Positions 38,466 through 48,498 of a DNA stretch of 64,000 nucleotides are shown piece after piece (within the stretch, counting starts at the first letter, position 1; each line of letters begins with the position of its first letter). The DNA is from Candidatus Latescibacterota bacterium. Lineage in GTDB: Bacteria; Latescibacterota; UBA2968; UBA8231. The position numbers and the translations under genes are program-made. The notes under the pieces are model-generated. The model saw only the letters and a list, made by a program, of their open reading frames with translations. It made no database searches and had not been told where the DNA came from. Location: contig CBDCXV010000011.1 of the NCBI GenBank assembly GCA_965223905.1, positions 480,001-544,000 of the forward strand, written 5' to 3'.

Positions 38466-39281
38466 TCACGAGAACGGCCACAGTCGCAGCGCCGTCTTCC
38501 CGAGCACCCATTCCAGGTCTTCGGCCGGGAAGAACTCCATCTCGTCCCTGACCACGCTGAGGGTCTGTCCGTACTCCGCCTTGCCCAGGCAGACGGGCCA
38601 ATCGGTTCCCCACATGATGCGCCGTGGGCCAAAGGACTGGTACACCTCCTCCACCAGGCCGTGGGTGTCCGCCCAGGGATAGGCCTGGCGGGAAATGTTC
38701 CAGGTGTGCGAGATCTTGACGTAGACCCTGGGAAAGCGCGCCAGCTCCATCAGGATCCTTCTGCCCGCGGCGTCCTCGGGATGGACGTCGGCCATGTGAT
38801 CGATGACTACGTCGAGGTCGCCGTGGGCCTCCAGCAGGGGGACCAGTTCCCGGAGCCGGAGCGGCCCGGTCAACAGAAGCAGGGGAACCCGGAGAGACTG
38901 GGCGCGGGCGAAGATCGGCGACATCAGGGGGCCGCCGAACCAGTCGCCGGCGGCGTCGACCGAGGGAGAGAGCCGCACCCCGTGAAGGCCGTGCTCCTCC
39001 GTCCACATGCCGAGGTGGTCGGAGGAGGCCGGGTCTTCCGGGTCGATTCGGCCGACGGCCATGAACTTGCCGGGGTAGCGGCGCACCGCGTCGGCGACGT
39101 AGCGGTTGTCCCAGCGGTAATGGATGACCTGGACAAGCACCGTCCTGTCGACGCCGTGGTCGGCCATCTCCCCCAGCAACATCTCAGCGGTGCGATCCTC
39201 TCGCGGCGGATTGGGGTTTTCCGCCGGCCAGGGAAATTCCGGATCGTTGATCCATACGTGGGTATGGGGGTCGACTATCAA
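38466..39281 (-). CDS. Amidohydrolase family protein (Amidohydro_2, lactonase-like)
   Basis: IVDPHTHVW, VVIDHMA, YVKIS, MWGTDWP. Confidence 0.9.
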   Translation of the reverse strand: MIVDPHTHVWINDPEFPWPAENPNPPREDRTAEMLLGEMADHGVDRTVLVQVIHYRWDNRYVADAVRRYPGKFMAVGRIDPEDPASSDHLGMWTEEHGLHGVRLSPSVDAAGDWFGGPLMSPIFARAQSLRVPLLLLTGPLRLRELVPLLEAHGDLDVVIDHMADVHPEDAAGRRILMELARFPRVYVKISHTWNISRQAYPWADTHGLVEEVYQSFGPRRIMWGTDWPVCLGKAEYGQTLSVVRDEMEFFPAEDLEWVLGKTALRLWPFS

Positions 39282-39530
39282 GTCGTCACCTCGTCATCTG
39301 AAACCGGGCGGAAAGGAATGGGTGAGGCTGGTGGGCGCTGTTGCTCCCGGTCTGGGGCAGCGATATTTTCGACGGCTCGCCTCGACAGCAACCGCTGTTC
39401 AATAAAAGCAGCAAAAGCAGCCGCCTCAGGTGAAACCCGTTTTTCCGCCAGGATGAGGGGCGGCCGCAACCCGAACGGATGGAGTGCGATACGCTGCTCC
39501 GCCTCGGGACACTCAACCAGACAAGTGCCC

Positions 39531-40955
39531 ATGGGCCATCGAAGCTGCTTCACTTTCAGGACCCACGGCGGGATCTCGGCCGGTGAGGAATGGATCTACG
39601 ACGGCGATGAGCCGATCGCTCGCTTCGAGAACTGCCTCATCGAGCAGCCGGAGCAGATTCTACGCTATTTCGATGCCAACCTCAAACCGATAAATCTCCG
39701 CGATCTGAAGCTCGCGCCCGGGGGCAGACCCCTCGTCGCCGGGGTGCAGATGTACTGGAAGCTCGGCCACTTCAGCACCTCCGAGCTGATCGACGTCGCC
39801 GTCACAGGCGAGGGAACCGAGCGCCTGACCATGAGCGTCCTTTCCCGGGACCAGGGCGCCGCGGCCACGTCGCTGCGGGTCCTTGTGCTGACGTACGACG
39901 GGGAATCGGGCTCCTACGTCTACGACTTCACCGCCCGCCTCGACCTCCACAGCCCCGAGCTCTTCGACCGCGCCGAGGAAGTCCTCTTCGAGTACAGCGA
40001 TCCCTGGTACAGCGACATTCCGGCTCCGTCGATTGAGTTTCCGGGCATGTGGAAGAAGCGCTACTCCCACCTGCTCGCCGAGAAGGCGGACGGAGGTGTC
40101 TGGCAGATGCCGCTCAACCATCAGGCCGGCATTCCGTCGCCGCAGGGGTTCAAGCGGGGCGGCCTCTTCGTTCTCGCACACGACGAGGGCAACAACCCGG
40201 CATTCGAGTTCGTCGGCGATACCGCGGAGCGGACTGCCGTCGGGGTGTGCAACTGGGGCTACGACATCCACCTGGGTGCCCGGTTCTCCCGAGACGAGCT
40301 GTATGACGTGCCGTCCCCGAGGTTTCGCGTCAGGCTCTGCCCGGACGAACACGCCCGCCGGCTGCAGGAGCGGGCGGAGCCGGTGCCGCCCGTTCTCCAT
40401 CAGGGATTCGCCGAGCTTCCCCGGTACGAGCGCAGGAGCAGTTTCGAGAGCGGATTGCGTCTCGACGAACCGTCCAGCGGCCCCACCGACCCCTGGGTAT
40501 GGCTTCCCGGGGGAGAGGGGTTGGAGTGGTGCCGCGACGAGGGGCGCTCCGACCGCTTCTCCCTCAAGATCTCCAAGCGGACCGCTGGGCCGTCCGAGTG
40601 GTGCCTGCCCCAGGAATCCGAGGGGATGTTCATGCCGAAATGGCGCGATTCAACCGGTTTCCGCATCTCAGTCTGGGCGAAAACCGAAGAGGTCGGGGGC
40701 CGCGGCGCCTCCCTTTCGGTGACATGGAACGTCTTCCACGCGCCGCAGCGCTTCCCGTTCGTGCGTTCCGAACACCTTGCCGGAACGAACGACTGGACCC
40801 GTCTCGAGGTGGAGATTCACGGTCCCCCGCCACCGCAGATCACCGCGATCCTCATCGTCCTCCGCCAGGACGGCCCCGGCACCACCTGGTTCGACGACTA
40901 CGAGCTCGAACCGCTGTCGGAAACCGCCGGCCGGCATATCCCGGCAACTCCATGA
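39531..40955 (+). CDS. Hypothetical protein with possible C-terminal carbohydrate-binding jelly-roll
   Basis: Coding-like from ATG 39531; C-terminal ISVWAKTE...LAGTNDWTRLEV...GTTWFDDYEL; ATGA overlap with the next gene. Confidence 0.7.
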   Translation: MGHRSCFTFRTHGGISAGEEWIYDGDEPIARFENCLIEQPEQILRYFDANLKPINLRDLKLAPGGRPLVAGVQMYWKLGHFSTSELIDVAVTGEGTERLTMSVLSRDQGAAATSLRVLVLTYDGESGSYVYDFTARLDLHSPELFDRAEEVLFEYSDPWYSDIPAPSIEFPGMWKKRYSHLLAEKADGGVWQMPLNHQAGIPSPQGFKRGGLFVLAHDEGNNPAFEFVGDTAERTAVGVCNWGYDIHLGARFSRDELYDVPSPRFRVRLCPDEHARRLQERAEPVPPVLHQGFAELPRYERRSSFESGLRLDEPSSGPTDPWVWLPGGEGLEWCRDEGRSDRFSLKISKRTAGPSEWCLPQESEGMFMPKWRDSTGFRISVWAKTEEVGGRGASLSVTWNVFHAPQRFPFVRSEHLAGTNDWTRLEVEIHGPPPPQITAILIVLRQDGPGTTWFDDYELEPLSETAGRHIPATP

Positions 40956-42514
40956 CAGAAATCGCCATACTCAACGGCACCGTCATCGACGGGACGGGCG
41001 CCGCGCGCTTCAGGGCGGACGTCCTCATCTCCCGCGACCGCATCGCTGCGGTCGGAGACCTGTCCCCTGCCACGGGCGCTCAACGCATCGACGCCTCGGG
41101 AATGATCGTAGCCCCGGGATTCGTCGACACCCACAACCACACCGACGCGTGGCTGCTGAAGACCCCCCACCTGCTCGCCAAGACCTCTCAGGGGTTCACC
41201 ACCGAAGTCATCATGGCCGACGGCATCTCCTACGCCCCGGTCGACCGCGACACCGCACCTGAGTGGATATTTTACATGAAATCGCTCAACGCGCTGTCGT
41301 ACAGCGAGTACGACGGATGGAATACCCTGGGCGAATACATGGATCGGGTCGATGGAGCCAACGTGCAGAACGCCATTGCCCACATCCCGTACGCCAACGT
41401 CCGCAGCATGGCATGCGGCTTCGGCCGCGGCGTCCCCGACGACTTTCAGATGACCCTGATCCGGCGGGAGATCGAGCGCGGCATGATCGAGGGAGCGGTC
41501 GGCGTCTCCACCGGGCTCGATTACATCTCCCAGTGCTTCGCCACCACAGACGAGCTCGTGGAGGCGTGCGAGGTCATGGCGGAGCAGCGAGGCCTCTACG
41601 TCACCCACATGCGCTACCGGAAGGGGATCATCCCCGCCCTGGAAGAGGCGGTCGAGATCGGCAGGCGCGCCGGGGTTCCCGTGCACATATCGCACCTGAA
41701 AGCGGCCGACCAGGAGACCATCGAGCAGGTTCTCGAGTACGTCGACGGAACCGCGCGCCACGAGGTCGACTTCTCCTTCGACGTGTATCCCTACCTGCCG
41801 GGAAGCACGATGCTGAACTTCCTGCTCCCGTACGAGATCTGGGAAGACGGACCGCTCGCGGCGATGAGCAAGCTCAAAGACCCGGCCCTGCGAAGGCAGT
41901 TCGCCGCCGACCTCGAGCCGACCCGCTTCCCCCACACCCATATCGCCTGGCTGCAGAGCGCGGAAAACGCCTGCCATATCGGCAGCTCGGTCGCCGAATA
42001 CATCGAGGCGGTCGGCAAGGAGCCCGCCGACGCCCTCTGCGACCTGCTGATCGAGGAGGGGCTAGCGGTGCTGCTGGTCTTCCACCACGGCGACGACTCG
42101 CTGATCTCCCCTTTTCTCAAACACGACCTCTACATGATGGGTTCCGACGGGATCTACTTCCCGGACGGACAGGTGCATCCCCGGGTGTACGGATCGGCAC
42201 CCCGCCTGCTGGGACCCTGCGTTCGCGACCAGAAGCTGTTCTCGCTGGAGGAGGCGGTTCACAAGCTGAGCGGCCGTCCCGCGGAGCGCTTCGGGCTGAC
42301 CCGGCGAGGCCGAATCGCCGAGGGGTGCCACGCCGACGTCGTCCTCTTCGATGCGGATACCGTCGCCGACCGCGCCACCTACGAGAATCCCCACCAGCTC
42401 CCCACCGGTATCGACGCGGTGCTCGTCAATGGCGTGCCCATAATTTCCGAAGGGGCGGCGGTCGATCCCCTGCCGGAGGTGCTGCCAGGCAGGGCGCTGA
42501 AATTCAACCCCTGA
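40952..42514 (+). CDS. N-acyl-D-amino-acid deacylase (D-aminoacylase) family
   Basis: GTVIDGTG, VAPGFVDTHNHTD, YVTHMR, VHISHLK, GSDG, HPRVYG. Confidence 0.9.
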   Translation: MTEIAILNGTVIDGTGAARFRADVLISRDRIAAVGDLSPATGAQRIDASGMIVAPGFVDTHNHTDAWLLKTPHLLAKTSQGFTTEVIMADGISYAPVDRDTAPEWIFYMKSLNALSYSEYDGWNTLGEYMDRVDGANVQNAIAHIPYANVRSMACGFGRGVPDDFQMTLIRREIERGMIEGAVGVSTGLDYISQCFATTDELVEACEVMAEQRGLYVTHMRYRKGIIPALEEAVEIGRRAGVPVHISHLKAADQETIEQVLEYVDGTARHEVDFSFDVYPYLPGSTMLNFLLPYEIWEDGPLAAMSKLKDPALRRQFAADLEPTRFPHTHIAWLQSAENACHIGSSVAEYIEAVGKEPADALCDLLIEEGLAVLLVFHHGDDSLISPFLKHDLYMMGSDGIYFPDGQVHPRVYGSAPRLLGPCVRDQKLFSLEEAVHKLSGRPAERFGLTRRGRIAEGCHADVVLFDADTVADRATYENPHQLPTGIDAVLVNGVPIISEGAAVDPLPEVLPGRALKFNP

Positions 42515-42524
42515 AAGGGCCGCA

Positions 42525-43523
42525 ATGAACCGACCCCCGGAAGAATTCAGACGCATCGCCGAGAAAGACCTGCTCATCCTCGCGACCGCCAGCCTGCAGC
42601 ATGCGGGCATGCCGGGAAACCAGGCCTCGCTGCTGGCCCGCTGCCTCGTCAACTCCGATCTGCGCGGGGTGCGCTCCCACGGGACCCGCGCCCTCGGCGG
42701 CTACTGCGGCTCGCTGCGGGGCGGAGCCGTCAACACCGACCCCGAGATTCGCGTCCTCAAGGAGACGGACGTGGCGATCCACATCGACGGGGGCGGCGGC
42801 CTCGGGTACTCGCCGATGATGATGGCTACCGAGGGGGCCGTCCGGAAGGCCCGCGCCAAGGGGATCGCCGTCGGAGCCGCCTGCAACATCGGCCACTACG
42901 GCTCCGCCGGGCACTACGTGCGCCGCGCCATGGAGGAGGGCTGCACCGCCTTCTCGGTGCAGGGGTCCTACCCGCAGTACTACGAGTCGAACGAGGGGAA
43001 GCGGGCGATGTACTACGGCAACCCGCCCCTCAGCTTCGGCCTGCCGAGCGCCTCGGAGCCCCCGGTCGTCCTCGACTGCGCCACCTGCATCATGGCCGAC
43101 AACTGGCGGGGACCGGAGTACGAGGCGCTGGAAACCCTGATTCCGGCGGCGTTCTTCAAGTCGATGGGGTACACCGCGGTCGCCTCCGCCCTCGGGGGGG
43201 TCTTCGTCGGCCTCGCCGACGAGGCCTGCCAAGAGACGAAGCGCAAATATCCCGCGGCTAGGCTCGGGGGCATGGTCTGGGTGATGGACATCGGCCTCTT
43301 CTGCCCGCCTGACGATTTCCGGCACGGCATCGACGAGATGGTCCGCCTCGCCCGCGAGCAGATGATTCCGCTGCAGGGATACGACGAGACGAACCTGCCG
43401 GGGGCGGTCGAGGACCGCCTGGAAAAGGATCAGCGGGAGAGCGGCATCCGCATCGGCACGGAGGATGCCGCGCGCCTCGACGAGCTGGCCGAGGAGACCG
43501 GGATCGCGATCGACTGGATGTAG
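42525..43523 (+). CDS. Ldh_2-family (malate/L-lactate/sulfolactate dehydrogenase type 2) oxidoreductase
   Basis: SDLRGVRSHG, IDGGGGLG, GHYGSAGHY, GNPPLSFG, VLDCAT. Confidence 0.88.
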   Translation: MNRPPEEFRRIAEKDLLILATASLQHAGMPGNQASLLARCLVNSDLRGVRSHGTRALGGYCGSLRGGAVNTDPEIRVLKETDVAIHIDGGGGLGYSPMMMATEGAVRKARAKGIAVGAACNIGHYGSAGHYVRRAMEEGCTAFSVQGSYPQYYESNEGKRAMYYGNPPLSFGLPSASEPPVVLDCATCIMADNWRGPEYEALETLIPAAFFKSMGYTAVASALGGVFVGLADEACQETKRKYPAARLGGMVWVMDIGLFCPPDDFRHGIDEMVRLAREQMIPLQGYDETNLPGAVEDRLEKDQRESGIRIGTEDAARLDELAEETGIAIDWM

Positions 43524-43608
43524 CTGTCGGTCCGGAAGTCTCGAAAAACCCTTTTTCCAATATCCAGAGGCCGTTTCGAGAATCAACCAGTCCGAACGGC
43601 ATGGACCC

Positions 43609-43756
43609 CTATCTCAACAAGGTCATTTTTTGCAAGAGAGCTGGTCTCCTGCGGTAAGGCGGTAGAAGTAGACGCCGGCGGCCACCGGGCGACCCTGCTC
43701 GTCGCGTCCCTCCCAGTCCACCTCGTGTATCCCGGCGTTCAGGGGGCGGCTCGGTA
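43609..43756 (-). pseudogene. Orphan 3' fragment of a FlgD-Ig/T9SS-like C-terminal domain
   Basis: PPLNAGIHEVDWEGRDEQGRPVAAGVYFYRLTAG, then frameshifted KMTLLR*. Confidence 0.7.
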
Positions 43757-43809
43757 CCTAGGCATGTCCGGAGTGTGAATGATCTTTCAAGGAATCCTTT
43801 TGTTTTCGA

Positions 43810-44083
43810 GCCAGAATGTTGTGTGCGGCCTTTCCGATGTAGACCGGGACCTCCGAACGGATGTTTCGGGCCAAACCGTAGTGGTCTTGGTGGGGATTGC
43901 GAGATCACGACCCCCAGCAAGCTGTCATCCGGCTCCCGAAAACCGGAAACCTGAGGCAGCAGGCCCTCTTCCTCCAGCGCGTCCAAGGGCAGGCCCACGT
44001 CGAGCACGATGCGCTTACCCTGCGCCTCCATCTCGATACAGGTGCCCCGATTTCCTTGGTCCCCCTGTGAATGCAAACCCCAT
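43810..44083 (-). pseudogene. MBL-fold metallo-hydrolase 5' fragment
   Basis: GTCIEMEAQGKRIVLDVGLPL...LGVVIS, then frameshifted PHQDHYGL...VYIG. Confidence 0.7.
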
Positions 44084-44223
44084 ATTTGGTTACCCGGGGG
44101 GTACCTGAAATGTGAGGAAATCTTCACACTCCCGCGCTCTGCCCAACCCAGTCATAGAGCAAGTCCCCGGAATACAACGGACGCGAGCACGGGTGGTCCG
44201 CCCATTGCTGTGGGACCGGCACC

Positions 44224-45666
44224 ATGCCGGCCACACCTGTCCGCCCACCCGCGTACCGCCGCCGCGAACCGGAAAAGGAGCCCCTCTACCGGATCCTCGC
44301 CGGGCATCTGGAAACTTTTCTCCAGCACACCCGAACGTCCGAGCACCGACTGCCGCTCCACGTCGAGAAAGAGATGCGCGCCTACCTCGAATGCGGCGTT
44401 CTGGCTTGCGGGTTCGTGCGGGCCCGTTGTGAGGACTGCGGGGCGAGCCGGGCGGTTGCCTTCTCCTGCAAGAAGCGGGGATTCTGCCCCTCCTGCAGCG
44501 GCCGCCGCATGGCCGATACGGCGGCGCGCCTGGTCGACGACGTGCTGCCCCGGGTGCCGGTGCGCCAGTGGGTGCTCAGCTTTCCGTACGAGATTCGCTA
44601 CCGCCTCGCCTACGACGGCGAGTGGGTCTCGAGGGTACTGGGGGTATTTCTGCGCGTGGTGGGCCGCTGGTATCGACGCCAGGCGCAGGCCCTGGGCTAT
44701 GACAGCGGGCGCTGCGGCTCGGTAACCTTCGTCCAGAGATTCGGTTCCTCCTTGAACCTCAATCCTCATCTGCACGTGCTCCTGCTCGACGGGGTTTATG
44801 TCGATGGGGACGAAGCTCGGGTTTTCGTAGCGGCCCCGCCGTTGTCCGACCCAGACGTGCAGCAGATCGTGCAGACGAGTGCGCGCCGCATCATCCGCCT
44901 GTGCACGAAAGGCGGCCTGCTCGACGCCACTCAAGCCGATCGGCTCGCCGACGAGGAGCCCGTGCTGGCCGCCCTGACGGCGGCCTCGGTGGGTGGGATC
45001 ATCGCCACCGGGGCACGCGCAGGTCAGCGCTTGCGACGCGCCCTCAAAGATCCGGCCACCGGGGTGCGTACGGCGCCCTTGTGCGTTGCTTCGCGCGGCT
45101 TTTCCCTGCATGCGGCAACGCGGATCGCGGGCCCTGACCGGCAGGGGCTCGAACGCTTGTGCCGCTATGTGGCCCGGCCGGCCCTGGCCTCGGGGCGCCT
45201 GCGCATCCTCGATTCGCAGCGGCTTTCCTTCGCGCTCAAAACGCCGTGGTCGGATGGCACCAGCCATCTCCTGCTCTCGCCGATGGAACTGCTTGAGAAG
45301 CTGGCGGCTCTGGTCCCCCCGCCCCGGTTTCATCTCCTGCGTTACCACGGGGTCCTGGCCCCCCGGGCCCGGGACCGCGGCCGCATCGTGCCCGCCAAAC
45401 CAGGTGAGGAGTCGACGGCGGCGGACCGCGATTCGAGCGCTCCGCCCTGCGCCCATCGCCTGGGCTGGGCGGCCCTGCTCGCCCGCGTGTTTTCTGCCGA
45501 CCTCAGCGAATGCGCAGCCTGTGGCGGTGGCCTGAGAATCATCGCCGCCCTGACCGATCCCGCCTCGGTCCGGACCTATCTGGAGGGGGTAGGGCTGCCG
45601 GCACGGCCTCCGGCAATGGCCCCGCCGAGGGCCCCGCCGCAGCCGCAGTTCGAGTTCGCCGCCTGA
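44224..45666 (+). CDS. IS91-family (rolling-circle HUH) transposase
   Basis: Zinc-binding CGVLACGF...CEDC...SCKKRGFCPSC, RQWVLSFP, NPHLH (HUH), LCRYVARP, LRYHGVLAP. Confidence 0.9.
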   Translation: MPATPVRPPAYRRREPEKEPLYRILAGHLETFLQHTRTSEHRLPLHVEKEMRAYLECGVLACGFVRARCEDCGASRAVAFSCKKRGFCPSCSGRRMADTAARLVDDVLPRVPVRQWVLSFPYEIRYRLAYDGEWVSRVLGVFLRVVGRWYRRQAQALGYDSGRCGSVTFVQRFGSSLNLNPHLHVLLLDGVYVDGDEARVFVAAPPLSDPDVQQIVQTSARRIIRLCTKGGLLDATQADRLADEEPVLAALTAASVGGIIATGARAGQRLRRALKDPATGVRTAPLCVASRGFSLHAATRIAGPDRQGLERLCRYVARPALASGRLRILDSQRLSFALKTPWSDGTSHLLLSPMELLEKLAALVPPPRFHLLRYHGVLAPRARDRGRIVPAKPGEESTAADRDSSAPPCAHRLGWAALLARVFSADLSECAACGGGLRIIAALTDPASVRTYLEGVGLPARPPAMAPPRAPPQPQFEFAA

Positions 45667-45875
45667 CCTGCCTTCTCGACCCGCCTCCGGCGCCGGCCGT
45701 ACGGGGGGTGTGCCCTCAACGGTCCCTCAGGCCCCGGATTGATCCTGATACGGGCCGACAGGAAACAAAACCGAACTGCGAGCTCTGTCGAAGGACCTGC
45801 AAACGATCCTCAGGAACCTGCCGGACCCTTACGGTGCGTTCAGCGCCTTGGCCAAGAGTCCAAAAAGGTGCCTTG

Positions 45876-46260
45876 GGGGTATCCATTTAACCGGACCGCG
45901 TCAAGGCCTCAATCTGGCGTTTAGCCGACCTCCACGGCCGGTTCGCTCGCGGGCGCTCCAGGCTCGTGGGATGACCACGCCGTTTAGGCGGCACGGGTGG
46001 CACCTTCTTCGGCCGTGGGCTGGCGATGAGATCCTGATAACGCATCGGCTCGTTGGGCGACAGCCAGTTCGAGCACTCGGTAGAAGACCCTGCCACGGCT
46101 CCGGGAGCGGCGGCGGTTGAAGCGGAACACGAACTCGTCGAGATAGCTGACCAGATGGGCGTCGTCGACGGAGCCCTGGTGAGTCCCCAGGAGCCAACGC
46201 TTGGCCAGCGAGGCAACCCGATGCACGGCGGGCAAGAGCTTGACGGGATCGTCGCCACGA
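45876..46260 (-). mobile_element. IS1595-family remnant (transposase C-terminus and right end)
   Basis: VHRVASLAKRWLLGTHQGSV...YLDEFVFRFNRR with frameshifted tail; terminus TAAATGGATACCCC on the minus strand. Confidence 0.8.
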
Positions 46261-46339
46261 GCGCGAGCCGCGCCTTGGCTTCGCCGATCATGTACGTAGC
46301 CGAGTTGCGCCAGTCCCTGATAAGGCGGCCACCCGTCGG

Positions 46340-46928
46340 TGACGATCGCGAAGGGCTTGCAGATTCGGAGCCGCCAGGTACAGATAGTTGTTCGTCTTCT
46401 CCAGCATCAACGGCTTGTCCCAATCCACCTCATCGCGCTCCAGGCCGAGGGCAGCTGCGACATCGGCCAGCTCGTACTCCGTGGGCACGAGGTCGATATC
46501 CGGACAATCCAGGACGATGCCGGGAGCGGGCGCGGCCTGGAAGTCGAGGTGTGTCTTCAGGACACCGGCGTTGGTCTCGACGGAGAGTGCCTGTCGACCG
46601 TCTGCGCCGATGCCGAACAGCCCGTGCGTGGCGATGGTGTGCAGGGCGCCGACGGTCGCGTGGCCGCAGAACTTGATCTCGTCGCCCGGGGGCGTGAAGA
46701 ACCTGAGCTTGACGTCGGCCTGCTGGCTGGGCAGCAGGAACACGGACTCGGAGAGATTCATCTCGCGGGCGATCCTGCGCATCTCGTCGTCGTCCAGCGC
46801 TTCGCGTCGCGGACGACGGCCGTCGGATTGCCGCCGAACAGCTCGGTCGTGAATGCGTCGACCTGGTGTACTTGCAGCGTTTTCACAGCGGATCTGCGCA
46901 AAGGATTGCTCGGATCTGTCAGTGTCAT
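46340..46928 (-). pseudogene. PhzF-family isomerase, frameshifted and 3'-truncated
   Basis: VHQVDAFTTELFGGNPTAVV / MRRIAREMNLSESVF...RFFTP...KFCGHAT. Confidence 0.85.
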
Positions 46929-47203
46929 GTTCCGGTGACGGGTGCGGACGCCAGAGCCCGCATGTAATTGTTGGACACGACATCGATAAACGCTACTTAT
47001 TTATCCTATACTCTTCGTGGGGGCAAGGGAGACAATCGACACCCGCCTACCTCGTACAGGGCGATATCGACGACATGGCTGTCTGCGGACGTGCCCGATG
47101 CTCCGGTTCGGCTGAACCCCTCGGATTCGGCACGGATTCCACGTGGCCGCGGGGATGAAAACAATTTGCACAGCACCTCATCTGGGATATATGTTGCGCC
47201 ACG

Positions 47204-47326
47204 CCGGACGACGACGTCTGGGACGTCGTATGGGCGGCACAACTCTCGAACAGATCCGACTATCTGGGGTATCTGGTGACCTTGACCTTACAGACCTTTA
47301 TCACGATTATCGCCGGTCTGGAGTAA
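47204..47326 (+). pseudogene. 3' remnant of a paralogue of the 50855-53599 barrel gene
   Basis: PDDDVWDVVWAAQLSNRSDYLGYLVT-LTLQTFITIIAGLE* versus TDDDFWEVVWAAQLSNTSAYLGYLVT...LQSFITIIAGLE*. Confidence 0.85.
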
Positions 47327-47331
47327 CCGAT

Positions 47332-47380
47332 GCCACATGTCAAACCGTCAGAAAGGAGGTCAAGGGTAGAGTCGTGTGGC
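47332..47380 (+). promoter_or_regulatory. Candidate hairpin with an unpaired perfect SD (STAB-SD-like), copy 1
   Basis: GCCACATG...GAAAGGAGGT...CGTGTGGC, ~70 nt upstream of the ATG. Confidence 0.45.
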
Positions 47381-47431
47381 TCATCATCGCGAACCATTTC
47401 TTAACATTCTTTACACGTTGTGAGGATATCC

Positions 47432-48397
47432 ATGAAAGCAAAGTATCTGCTCGTAGCAGCGATGGGCCTCATGCTGGGGTTATCGACCAGCGCCTCGGCC
47501 CATTCTGCTGTTCAATCGACGGACGTTTTCGCCGCGGCGTTCCCTGCGGGCACTGAGCCCGTGGTCGATGGTGATCTGGGTGAGTGGGACTGGATCAGAG
47601 AGACCAGTCTCAGAGACGTCTACACCCTTTCCGCTCAGGATTTCAACTACCAGGCCCGGGGTGGAAACCCGGACGGTATCGCGGAAGATTTCTTTCCAGC
47701 CGGTGACAACACCAATCTCGAGGACTTCAACTTCAACATAACCCTGGGCTACGGTCCGGGAACCAATCTCCTGTACCTGGGGATTGAGATCTTCGACAAC
47801 GACCACGTGCGCTGGGCGACCCCGGATCAGTTGTGGCAAGAGGACGGCTTCAACATGTGGATGGATCCCGACCACGATGATGAGTTCGGCGGCACCAGTG
47901 TTCCCCCTCGACCCTTTCAGGAGATTCTCTTTGCTCCCCAAAAGCTGGATGGAGAGAATGCGTTGATCGAGTCCGATGGCAACTCCTGGCAGGTTGCTCA
48001 CGATGAGCTCATTTGCGCCGACCCGGGCAGCTGTCACGACAATCGGGTATTCGACGTTGCCTTCACTAACGACGGTCCGGAGTTCGGAGAAACCACCACC
48101 TTCATCGAAGCGTGGGTCGAACTCTACAACTACCTGGATCCTGACGAGTCATTGCATGCCTCAGACAGCGACCCCCACATCATGAACCCGGAAGGCGTGA
48201 TCGGATTCAACATCTATTTCCAGGACATGGACACGATAGATGGCGAAATCGCCTACACCAACCGTTACTTCAATACCGAGAATACCGGTGACCCAAACGG
48301 GTTCGGGGATGTATTCCTGGCGCCGCTCGAGGCGGACGCCCCGACGGCCGTCGAATCGACGACCTGGGGTCGAATCAAGGCGGCGAATGTCAACTGA
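47432..48397 (+). CDS. Secreted acidic protein (CBM9/DOMON-like) with C-terminal TWGxIK motif, copy 1
   Basis: Signal peptide ending ASA; PVVDGDLGEW, LYLGIEIFDND, IGFNIYFQD; ends PTAVESTTWGRIKAANVN. Confidence 0.8.
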   Translation: MKAKYLLVAAMGLMLGLSTSASAHSAVQSTDVFAAAFPAGTEPVVDGDLGEWDWIRETSLRDVYTLSAQDFNYQARGGNPDGIAEDFFPAGDNTNLEDFNFNITLGYGPGTNLLYLGIEIFDNDHVRWATPDQLWQEDGFNMWMDPDHDDEFGGTSVPPRPFQEILFAPQKLDGENALIESDGNSWQVAHDELICADPGSCHDNRVFDVAFTNDGPEFGETTTFIEAWVELYNYLDPDESLHASDSDPHIMNPEGVIGFNIYFQDMDTIDGEIAYTNRYFNTENTGDPNGFGDVFLAPLEADAPTAVESTTWGRIKAANVN

Positions 48398-48498
48398 AGA
48401 GTCCATGGCGAGATGACCGGGCGGCAACGCATTTCACACCGTGCGGCGCCACGGGATTCTGCCTAGACTCAAAACTGCAACAAGGACATTCACGGTCT

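Noticed and set aside
38340-39530. N-terminal 397 aa of the 871-aa ORF
   Set aside because: Antisense to the amidohydrolase gene; the real gene probably starts at ATG 39531.
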